Shown here: positions 50,501 through 61,018 of the stretch, piece after piece
How positions within the stretch are numbered: the first letter of the stretch is position 1
Layout of the letters: each line of letters begins with the position of its first letter
NCBI RefSeq assembly: GCF_006345805.1
Contig: NC_043001.1
Location: forward strand, 71,920,001-71,984,000
Direction of reading: 5' to 3'
Source: Octopus sinensis
Taxonomy: Eukaryota
DNA: 64,000 bases
Translations under genes and position numbers: made by a program
The notes under the pieces: generated by a model
Database searches by the model: none
The model's input: only the letters and a program-made list of their open reading frames with translations
Told to the model about the DNA's origin: nothing

Positions 50501-53500
50501 AGAGTTGGTTATCCTCATCATCGATCTTCTAGGATTTCTCTGCTCAGCATCAGTTTAAGAAGTACCATTGGCTCATTTGAGTTCTTCTGCTACCTCTTCA
50601 CAATCCACCATGCTGCAGTCCCATAACTTTGCCATCTCTCTGGGGTAGCTGAACAGATGCTACGACTTACCAAAGGGTAGCCCATAACTATGCAGGACAT
50701 AATCATCATTTTGTGAGGTATTTTAAAAATATCCACACACCCATTATTATTTACCAATTTGTTATGGTTATAAGCTGGCAGACTTGTTAGCACATCAGGC
50801 AAAATGTTTGCTGGTATTTCATCTGTCTTTACATTCTGAGTTCAAATTCCACTGAGGTTGACTTTGCCTTTCATCCTTTTGGGATCAATAAATTAAGTGC
50901 CAGTTGCGCACTGGGGTAAATGTAATCAATTTAATCTCTCCCCTAAAACTGCTGGCTTTGTGCCAAAATTGGAAACCAATTTGTTAGAGAAGGAAGGTAT
51001 GACAGCCAAGGATGAAGAAATTGAGGTGGTTGATGTCCAGGGTCAGTCCAAATGATCTTTGTAGACCTTCTCATGGTGGAGAAATTGATGTGGATGATGT
51101 TCAGTTTAGATTTCTTCACCTAGATGAGATTTGTCCCATCTGATATAGAAAACAACAAATAATGGATTTGCAAATAGCCACTCAACCAAATAAATAATCT
51201 GGTGTAAACAACTGAAGCCACATTAAATTAAAATATCTATTTATGTATCATCCTTAATATAATATTTGTCTGTTGATGATGACCAGGACATCACATGGGA
51301 GAAGAAGATGAGTCATGGTGCATCTGGTTGTAACCAATCAGGCTGATATGTACTCAGAAGATTTTACTGCAGGTTGGGCACTGGTAGGCTGCTGAGAATG
51401 AGGGCAAGGAGTTGGTTCTGGATTTGTGCAGCTCATATTCTGTTTGTGCTCCTGCAGTTCTATTCTGTTTGTGTATATACACTGTCTATAGGCAAGCTGC
51501 TTTGAGTTTTGTCTGAGATAATATTTTTATATATTTATTCAGTATCAAGGACAAATTGAAAGTTCATAACAGCCTGAAGTTATGCAAAATAAAAAAATGT
51601 TATAAGGGAAAAGTACTGTTGATAGTGGAAAAGGTTGGTGTTGAGCAGGTGTTGACATTCCATAAGGAGGAGTGAAGGCAGGGAGATATTTTAAGAAACT
51701 AGAATTTTAGGAAAGATTTCTTTTTCTTAGGATCATAATCTTAGTATTTTGAAACAAGAAAAAAACAACAATTGAAAAAATTGAGAGAAATAGTTAGTGG
51801 TAGAAGTAAAGAAAAAAAGAAAGAAAGAAGGAGAAAAAGGGTAACCTTATTCTTTATGTTTCTTTTACTGTTCACTTTTCTGTCTTTTTGTGTCTTATTC
51901 TGTATACTATACATGTACTTCTAGCTTTCATTGCTGTCTTTCTTTACTTGACTTATATGGTTGCTTACTGTCCCCTCTTTAAACCTTTTATGAAGAGCTG
52001 CAATTCACTTGAACTTACATACAAAAGGCAGTCAGCTGGCAGAATCCTTAGCTTGCCTGGCAAAAATGCTTAGCGGCATTTCGTCTGTCCTCATGTTCTG
52101 AGTTCAAATGCTGTCAGGGTCGATAAAATAAGTACCGGTTAAGTACTGAGAGCAATGTAATCGACTTACCCACTCCACTGAAATTACTGCCCTTAGGCCT
52201 ATAGTAGACAGTAATATTATTATTATTGGTAGAGTAGTGGATACACTTGAAAGGGCTAAAGACAGATACTTTCCTCTTTGGTCAAGTCCTCATAAATTTT
52301 TTCAAGTTTCACTTGAAAAGGAAAGTGAGGGTGGAGAAGAAAGTGTTGCCTTCTAGCAAATTTGTTGAAAGGTGGGTGAATGTCAGGAAAATGGTTAGTG
52401 TAAAAGGGTTCATTTTAAGCATGCTCCTGTGAAAAATAAAAGAATGGCTCTTGCCCTGTTGGTCAGGCACCCGTGGTTTTTGTGGGTTTTTTCCACAAAG
52501 TAGCCTTAAAGCATCTCCCCCTATTGGGAGTTTTATTTGTCTAATTTTGTTTGTTATTTATTTACACGTTTCAAAATCCTTTGTATCGTCCTGTTTTGTC
52601 ATTTCAAGTTGTTTTTATGTAATCCCGTGTGGCCAATAAAAGAATTTATTATTGTTGTTGTTGTTGTCGTCATCATCATCATCATTATTATTGTTATTAT
52701 TATTATAGCAACGAGAGCGAGGACAACGTCGAGAAGATCAGAAATAACATATACGGTTTCATATAGTTATCTCCCTTGGATTATGTGAGACGTTTTGAAG
52801 TTGTTCGAAATGTAGCAAACAATTTCAAACATAATTTCTGTTGAGTTTGCTTTTCCTCTTGATTTAGACTTTTTTTCCCTACAGCTTACATTCTTAATAA
52901 ACACAACTGTATTGTTTGTAAGTAATAGGGTTGGTCGAGTGCTTTTATTATTTTATTGATAACGCAGGGAACATTTTCGAAACAATTTTTTTACTTTTCT
53001 TACTTTTTACAATTAGTCCTACTTAAATGAAGCACTGCATGGGCATATTTGGAGACAAGTTCCACAGATATGAGGTACGATGTCAAGGACAACAGAAACG
53101 TGTTGTTTATTAACATCTAATTTTATGTAGGGCATTTCTTTCATCACCATGACATTTAAAACTGGTTAGATGGAAAATGGTGTAAATTGCTCTAGTTAGA
53201 TGCTTTTTATTTACTGAAAATACTTAAATCATGACTTGTTAAATGATATTAGAAAATTAAGTTTTCATAGTTATGTCAAGCTTCATTCATGCATGTGCTT
53301 TTGAGTAAGCCAACACTATCCTTAGAAATGGTGACAATATCAGAAATGTTGAAAGATGGACATTTGAGTTTGTGAAAAATCTTGACGTGGTGGAGCAAAA
53401 TGGATTTAATTTTTGAAATTAGCACCACCAAAATTACCAACACCAGACAACAGAAACCATGTTCTTCAATGCTGAGTTTAATTATTTGGAATTCAGTTAA

Positions 53501-53649
53501 ATTTCATGGGAACACACACACATACATATATGCAAATGTGTGTGAAGATATATATATATAGGGGGAGAATTCATGAAAAAACAAAAAACAAAGACAGGTG
53601 GTGTAGAAAACAAACAGATGTATTAGTATAATGCTTGGGAACTGAAAAA

Positions 53650-53688
53650 GTCTTTAACGTTTCGACCCTACGCTCTTCCACAGAACAG
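53650..53688 (-). ncRNA. Degenerate hammerhead in a pLTR-like fragment (53570-53700)
   Basis: Minus strand CTGTGGA A GAGC gtag GGTC GAAACGTT aaagac. The downstream body resembles 29010-29095. Confidence 0.45.
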
Positions 53689-53697
53689 AACACAGAA

Positions 53698-53729
<32 letters not shown>

Positions 53730-54118
53730 GTGTGTAGTGGATCTTGCAAGCATGAAATGGATTGGACCCACTATAACCAAATTTAAATTAACACTGCAAC
53801 AGAACTTTTCCCACAGTAAGTGGATTTGGTAGACGGAAACTGAAAGAAGCCCATTGTATAATGTATATATAAATGTGTGTGTGTGTGTGTATATATACAT
53901 TTGTGTGTCTGTGTTTGTCCTCCCAACATCACCTGACAACTGATGCTGGTGTATTTACGTCCCTGTAACTTAGCGGTTCGGCAAAAGAGACCGATAGAAT
54001 AAGTACTAGGCTTACAAAGAATAAGTCCTGGGGTCAATTTGCTCAACTAAAGGTGGTGCTCCAGCATGGCCACAGTCGAATGACTGAAACAAGTAAAAGA
54101 GTAAAGAGTAAAAGATAT

Positions 54119-54155
<37 letters not shown>

Positions 54156-54163
<8 letters not shown>

Positions 54164-54470
54164 TATTGAATTTCTAAATGTCTCAGAGACAGGAGACGTC
54201 GATGTTTCCTAGGGCTAAATGGCGGTGGTGTAATTCCCTTACGGGACTGTCACATTAAGTTGACAGTATATGACCACTATATCGCTCCACCACTGCTTAT
54301 GTCTCTCTGAGACATTTAGAAATTCAATATTTCTAATTTCGGTGATCAGTAAATAAATTTTACTGTAAATATGATATATTTGCAGTGAGGTTGCGGTCAT
54401 CTACCCTGACTACCCTGAACTGACGATGAGCAATAGGCTCAGAAACATATGTCTTCAGGCTAGGTGGGGT
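54156..54470 (+). mobile_element. Hammerhead-bearing retrozyme/pLTR-like unit with 34-bp inverted arm
   Basis: Follows (TA)n. 54156-54189 is the exact reverse complement of 54304-54337. 54188-54282 is repeated at 58405-58499. HHR at 54414-54459. Confidence 0.75.
54414..54459 (+). ncRNA. Intact type I hammerhead ribozyme
   Basis: CCTGAA CTGACGA TGAGC aatag GCTCA GAAAC atat GTC TTCAGG. 6-bp stem I, 5-bp stem II, 2-bp stem III, GUC triplet. Predicted cut after 54453. Confidence 0.88.
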
Positions 54471-55501
54471 GTGATTGCCTCCCTTTGCAAATATGCCTCA
54501 TCTCTGTCTGCCTCCAATGTGCCACAGACTTTCAGAAGATCCCAGGCCAAAAAAAGAGCCATCATAATGCTATGATGGATAGACTCTGGAAGATGGTTCA
54601 GCTTAAATCTTGGACTTTTCAGTGTCAGGCCTGCGTACCTCCACAACCGACGATTGTGTCTCCCCCTTTCACTCTCGTGGAGGAGGCAGAACAGCAACAG
54701 CAGCAACAACAAAATCAACCACAACTAGAGCAGCAGCAGCAGCAACAACAACAACAGCAGCAACAACAAAATCAACCACAACCAGAGCAGCAGCAACAAC
54801 AACATCAACAACAACAGCAGCAACAACAAAATCAACCACAACCAGAGCAGCAGCAGCAACAACAACAACACCAATTGACCAGTGCGGTTCTTGCAGAACT
54901 GCAACAATCGATCTGTGCTTTAAGAGGGGAAGTAGCAGGAATAAAAGCAACCATTCAGGTTGGACTCCACAATGAGGGGTCTTATCGGAATGCTCTGCTA
55001 AAGAACCTCCCTGTACCTGTACCTCTTGTCGCATCTAAGACCGCGGATTCTGCTACCCATGAAGTCATTGCCATTGGGGTGCCTGAAGACATGGCTGATC
55101 TTCAGGCATTTGCTACCAACTCAGCCAAAGACCTAGGCTGCGTTCCCCCAATGGGTGCTATCCGCCTTGGACGACCTGGCCCAAAACCTAGGCTCATCAA
55201 GCTGTCTTTTTCAGACCACACTGAGGCAACCTCTTACCATCTGGCCTCAGTTAAAGCTGGGCGTGAAAATCGGACCACCTTCCGAACACGCCCAGGCTTA
55301 CCGTCCGATCTACGTCCGAAGCTACGTGTATCGGCTTCCCTGAATAGGAACTCAGCCCTACAGGAAAGCTTCAGTCTTCGGGAAGATGGACAAATCTGGA
55401 GATTTGTCAAGACTGATGAAACGTGGAAGAGAGATACCAGCTGGTCTGAGTGCTCTCTACCCACAATAACTAAAAAGACTACAGCAACTCAGGGAAACTA
55501 A
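54464..55501 (+). CDS. CR1 LINE ORF1 (Cys-rich start, polyQ coiled-coil, RRM-like domain); start uncertain
   Basis: VIAIGVPED...IRLGRPGPKPRLIKLSF is typical of the LINE ORF1 RRM. The frame opens at GTG after a TAG. First in-frame ATGs are at MMD. Confidence 0.75.
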   Translation: MGCDCLPLQICLISVCLQCATDFQKIPGQKKSHHNAMMDRLWKMVQLKSWTFQCQACVPPQPTIVSPPFTLVEEAEQQQQQQQNQPQLEQQQQQQQQQQQQQNQPQPEQQQQQHQQQQQQQQNQPQPEQQQQQQQHQLTSAVLAELQQSICALRGEVAGIKATIQVGLHNEGSYRNALLKNLPVPVPLVASKTADSATHEVIAIGVPEDMADLQAFATNSAKDLGCVPPMGAIRLGRPGPKPRLIKLSFSDHTEATSYHLASVKAGRENRTTFRTRPGLPSDLRPKLRVSASLNRNSALQESFSLREDGQIWRFVKTDETWKRDTSWSECSLPTITKKTTATQGN

Positions 55502-58309
55502 GCCAGGACAATCTGCCATCCTCCACACACCATCATAAACTACGAGCAGGGTACAAATTGTTGTCCTTAAATGCTCGCAGTTTATGCAACAAAATACATT
55601 TGTTCAACGCCTACGTCAGAAGTGTTGACCCTGACTTCATCACTGTCACGGAAACATGGGCGCATTCCTTACTCTGTGATGGGGTTTTCAACATCACGGA
55701 GTACAACCTCTTCCGTAAGGACCGCACTAACTGCCGTGGTGGTGGTGTGATGGTCTACGTTCGTTCAAATTTTTTGGTAATTCCTTGTGCCGATTTGAAC
55801 GAATCACAAGAAGAAGTTTTTTTCTGTGACGTACGTATGTCAACACTCCTGCTTGGCGTTGTTTATCGTCCCCCAAATTACCATCAGGACACACAGCTTT
55901 GCAACATCCTCCGAGCTGCAGCCAGGAAAACAGCCACTTATGTGTTTATTGCAGGCGATTTCAATCATCCTGAGATCGATTGGGAAACCTTCCGTTGGCC
56001 ACAGAGTGCAAACGATTTTGTTGAGCTTGTGCTGGACTCAAACTGGTCACAAGTAGTCACCTCTCCAACAAGAGGCGACAACACCTTGGACCTGCTCTTC
56101 ACCACAACTCCTGAAGCGGTTATCAATTGCACTACGGAGGAACCTCTAGGTGACTCTGATCATGCTATGATCATCGCCAATCTGGCTCTTGCTGGCAACA
56201 AACACCTGAACCATCTCCAATCTGCTTCCTTCGATTGGAAGAGAGCAGATTGGAACCTGTACCACACTGAACTACAGTACCCAAACTGGCGTGAATTCCA
56301 CAACTCTGGAGATGTGAATACTATACTCCAGAGTATCCTGGACTCAATATGGGCAGCATGTGCAGCATCAGTGCCACGTAAACAAAAAAAGAAGAACCGC
56401 CCCAAAAGGGCAATTTGGGAAACTTCAGCGGTCCGACTTGCCAGGAAGGAACGTCGGACTGCTGAACAGGAATACAAGTTGCATAAATCAGACACCAACA
56501 GGAAGAAGCGGAATAAATCCTCCAACCATCTCAAGCAAGTGACAAAAAATGCAGTGCTTGAATTTGAACAGTGCATAGCAGCCAATCCTGACAGCAAGGT
56601 TTTCTGGAAATATGTGCATTCAAAGCAGAGACCTCACTCTCCAGTGGGCCCTCTTCGCAACCCTCACACGAACCAGATCACTGACGACCCCAAGGAATGC
56701 GCAGAACTCATTGCCGAGTGCTATGCAAACATATTCACTGTCGAAAGTCAAAATGTACCATCTTCACCATCACTAACAGCAAACTCCATAACAACTATGG
56801 AATTTACACCTGCAATGCTGCGACGTCACCTTCAAAATAAGCGCAACTATGCCTCCCCTGGTCTCGATGGAGTTACATACCTGCTTCTCAAACGTGGCAG
56901 GCACTTCCTTTTACACCAGCTTTCTATTTTCTTCCAGTACTGTCTCAACAATGGTGCTACTCCGGAGCAGTGGAAAACTGCCAGTGTCATTCCTCTGTTC
57001 AAAAAGGGTGACCGCACATCACCTGTCAACTATCGCCCAGTCAGTCTCACTAGCTGTATTGCAAAACTGATGGAATCGTGTGTCAGAGAAACACTCTGGA
57101 ACTTCTGGAGCTCTCACAGTCTCATCCGACCCTCACAATATGGATTTGTCCAGCTGCAGTGACCAGCTTGTCGAGTTCCTTGAGGACATTACTCAGATCA
57201 CTGACAGTGGCTCATGGGTGGATGTTGTCTACCTTGACTTTGCTAAGGCTTTCAACTCTGTGCCACACAAAAGGCTTATGGTGAAACTCTCTGCAATGGG
57301 TGTGGGGGATGACCTTTTTAACTGGTTGAAATCCTTCATCCTCAGCCGAAAGGAGGTAGTCACAGTTCTAGGACAGCACTCTACACCATATGAGATGTCA
57401 TCGGGTGTACCACAGGGATCTGTCCTTGGTCCCCTCCTGTTTGTGGCATACATTAATGACATAGATGCCAATTTAAAGAATGCCACAGTATTGAAATATG
57501 CAGACGACATCAAGCTGTACCTTGAAATCAAGAGGACTGATCCTGATGTCTACAACTCTTTCCTGCAATCAGACCTAGACACAATGCAGCAATGGATCAC
57601 AGACTGGCAACTGAAACTGGCTGTGGACAAGTGTACCACCATGCATTTTGGGAGAAAAAACCCTGCGTCCACATACTCCCTCCACAACACTGATATCAAG
57701 AAATCCTCTTGCGAGCGTGACGTAGGCATCACTGTCAGCAGTGATTTGCGTTGGACAAAGCATATCTCTAAAATTGTCAAGAAGGCCGAGGGTGTCTTGG
57801 CATCACTCAGCAAGACTTTTGTTAGCCGCTCTCCAGCCATCTATTTAAAACTGTATACAGCTATGGTACGACCACACTTGGAATTCGCATCATCAGTTTG
57901 GAATCTCTATCTTGCTCAGAACATTGACCTCCTGGAATCTGTCCAGAGACGTGCAACCAAACGCATACCCTCCATCAGACACCTACCATATTCTGAGCGC
58001 CTTGTTTCCCTGGGCATGGATTCACTGAAGCTCCGGCGTCTAGCGACGGACTTGGTAAACACCCACAAAGTTATCAACCACCTCACCAACAACAACACTG
58101 AACACCTTTTTGATCTCCATGTGTCTAACACACATGGACATGCCTACAAAGTCAGAAAACAGCACAGCTCCCATGACTTTCGGAAACATTTTTTCACGCT
58201 CAGGGTTGCTGAAGCGTGGAATAAACTGCCTGCATCAGTTGTTGACTGCCATGACACTGCATCCTTTAAGGCCCTCATGCTTCCCGAAATCCGTCGAAAC
58301 TACACCTGA
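55474..58309 (+). CDS. CR1 LINE ORF2 (APE endonuclease plus reverse transcriptase), one frameshift near 57151
   Basis: LSLNARS, VTETW, GDFNHP, SDH, NYRPVSLT, YLDFAKAFNSVPH, GVPQGSVLGPLLF and YADD. YGFV-(about 8 nt missing)-SCSDQL marks the frameshift. Confidence 0.93.
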
Positions 58310-58379
58310 TTATATATACACTTTAGATGAGTTGTAGTGCACCTGAGCACTATACACAATTATTATTATTATTATTATA
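58310..58379 (+). other. CR1 3' UTR stem-loop and (ATT)n tail
   Basis: GTAGTGC-acctga-GCACTAT hairpin followed by attattatt. Confidence 0.75.
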
Positions 58380-58499
58380 AGGACACAGAAAATGTGTCAA
58401 AGCCGACAGGAGACGTCGATGTTTCCTTGGGCTAAATGGCGGTGGTGTAATTCCCTTACGGGACTGTCACATTGAGTTGACAGTATACGACCACTGTAT
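58380..58499 (+). repeat. Second copy of the retrozyme-like unit, ending in (TA)n
   Basis: 58405-58499 matches 54188-54282 at 91 of 95 positions. It is preceded by about 25 nt not seen in the 5' copy. Confidence 0.9.
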
Positions 58500-58747
58500 A
58501 TATATATATACTGGCAAAAGATTCGAGCGATGTTGTTGCCAGTACCGCCTGATTGGCTCCCATGCCAGTGTCACGTAAAAGCACCCTCTACACTTTCGGA
58601 GTGGTTGGCATTAGGAAGGGCATCCAGCTGTAGAAACTCTGCCAGATCAAGACTGGAGCCTGGTGCAGCCATCTGGTTTGCCAGCCCTCAGTCAAACAAT
58701 CCAACCCATGCTACCATGGAAAGCAGACGTTAAATGATGATGATGAT

Positions 58748-58828
<81 letters not shown>

Positions 58829-60922
58829 TGAGAGTAAGAGTGTGAAAAGTGTGTGACTGATGATCAGAGATGGGGATGGAGGTGGAGGCAGTGAATATCA
58901 GTTTGGGGAGGGGAGAAAATAGGAGTGGATAAGGAGGAGGAGAAGGAGGAGGTGATAGGGAACAGTAATAGGGAGTAGTATGACAGAAGACTGATTGAGG
59001 GATGGGTGTTAGAAGTTGAGTTGTTTCAATAAAGTAGTTTCTACTTAAGACAACCAATGATCAAGAGGGTGGATTAAGCTTATTAATTAATTATTTGAGG
59101 ATCTTTCACTTTTTAAAACAAATTAGTTCATCACTGTTTCACTCAACCTCTCAGGGGCTGGTAAGATGATGTTACCCTCAACAGCTGACAATTTGACAAA
59201 ATTGTTCACAACAGTTGTACCATTCCAGGAAAACTTCTAAGAACTTTGAGAGAATTTCAATTTGAAGTGCCAATCTCACAAGAAAGAAATCCAGATTTCA
59301 AAGGTTTGGGGTCTTTGGAATTTCAAATAAAGGATTACTTAAATAAGTCCACAAAAAAAAAACAAACAAAAAAAAAGCAAATTAGAATTTTTACAGTTTT
59401 AATAAGCACACAATAAGTTAGTTAGTAACTAACTGATTTAATTCAGGATATTGTTTTTAATTAGTTTATTGAAATTAATGGGATTTTAAAATCTATTAGG
59501 TGAAGCCTAAGATATTAAATAACACTTTTCTGTTATTGTTTAGCCCTAGTAAACATTAAAGACATCCCAGCTATGATCCATTTGTTTTTGTATATCTAAG
59601 ACTATCTTCACAAAGTCGTCATCATAATCATCTAACATCTGTTTTCCATGCTGCACCAAGTCAGGAGTTGGCAAGACCATGAGCTGTATCAAGTTCCATA
59701 GTATGTTTTGACATGATTTCTACATTTGCATACCCTTCCTAACACCAACCGCTTTACAGAGTGTATTGGGTGCTTTTTAAGGGGAACCAGCACCAGTGCT
59801 TTTTACATGGAACCAGCATGGACGTTTTTTACGCAACACCAGCACCAGTGCTTTTTATGTGGTACCAGTGCTTTTTACATGGCACCAGTGCTTTTTACAT
59901 GGCACCAGCACCAGAGCTTTTTCTGTGGCACCAGCACTGACAGGGTCGCCAAGTACCTTGCAAGATAAAAACCCCTCAAATGGGAGTGGGAAGTAGTATT
60001 GAGGGGGTGTGACTTTGTGCCAGTTGAGAGGTTAAACATACAGAGGGATAGAGATAAGTGTAGAGTAGATACATGGATATCCCAGTTGGAAGAGAGTAAG
60101 ATAATGAGGATGAGAGATGATGGTGAAGATGTGTTGGGGATATGTCCTCAAGGGACCTTGGAGGGAAGTGTGAATAGGTGAAGCGATTCTCCCTCAACTC
60201 CATATTCCTCAGCCTACAGGCATCCCACTCACTTAAGACATCCTTGCCACATTCACTTGCCTTTCAACAAATTTATGGTGAAGACAGCATATTCATCTCA
60301 ACCCTTATCTTCTTTTTTAGATGGAATTTTAAAATGTCAGTCAGACTTTGACTGAAGAGCAAAGGGTCTATCTTCAGTCCTTTCAGTCTCGTCCACTACC
60401 AACATCTTTTTGCCAGCAGGAAATAATAACAACCACTGTGAAAATATTTTTAAAATACCTCAAATATGGAAAATGAAGCAAAATATTTTTCAAAGGCAAA
60501 CAATAATTCTGTTCTCTCATATTCACATATCATTACTACAAATGATTTAACGATCATTTATAGAATTTATTCAGAAGTTATACGACATGTTTAGGACAAT
60601 TTAACTCCTAAAAATGTTACATTACTTTTCAAAAATTTTGACACCAACGTGATAATTGCATTAAAAAGGCTAAATAATATTTTCAAAAAAATTGTCATAA
60701 CATCTAAAATAAAAAAAATTCTACGAATTATTGAAATCATACAAACATTTTTTTATTTAATTACCGATTGTTTAAAGTAATCTCAGTAGTATATAACAAT
60801 GTAGTAAGTAAAACAGTAGTATATAACTATGTAGTTAGTAAAACAATTACGTTGCGCAAAATATAGTTTCGTTTGCGATATTACAATCCAGTTTTTAGTT
60901 GTACCCTCCCGCTACATCTGTT

Positions 60923-60936
60923 ATTTGGCGCCAAAT
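60923..60936. promoter_or_regulatory. Palindromic double E2F site upstream of POLE
   Basis: ATTTGGCGCCAAAT perfect palindrome (TTTGGCGC on both strands), ending 26 nt before the ATG. Confidence 0.6.
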
Positions 60937-60962
60937 GCAAGATCATAGTTACAATAACAAAC

Positions 60963-61018
60963 ATGGTTCTTCAGAACTCTGGTAAATTTAAAGCAGATAC
61001 AGATAGCGAAGCTGTAGT
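60963..61018 (+). CDS. POLE: DNA polymerase epsilon catalytic subunit exon 1
   Basis: aaacATGG start. MVLQNSGKFKADTDSEAV resembles the invertebrate POLE N-terminal VLQNTGKF motif. Donor GT|gtaagt, phase 2. Confidence 0.85.

Noticed and set aside
49880-51400. Faint LINE-like peptide fragments
   Set aside because: Too degenerate to assign a family or boundaries by eye.
54455-55034. Antisense and alternative-frame ORFs (poly-L, poly-V/A, poly-T/A)
   Set aside because: By-products of the CAG/CAA repeat in ORF1.
59780-59935. Repeated gcaccagtgctttttacatg units, and the 24648 array, as possible CRISPR
   Set aside because: No unique spacers and eukaryotic context. The 59780 units are an internal SINE/RTE-tail minisatellite.
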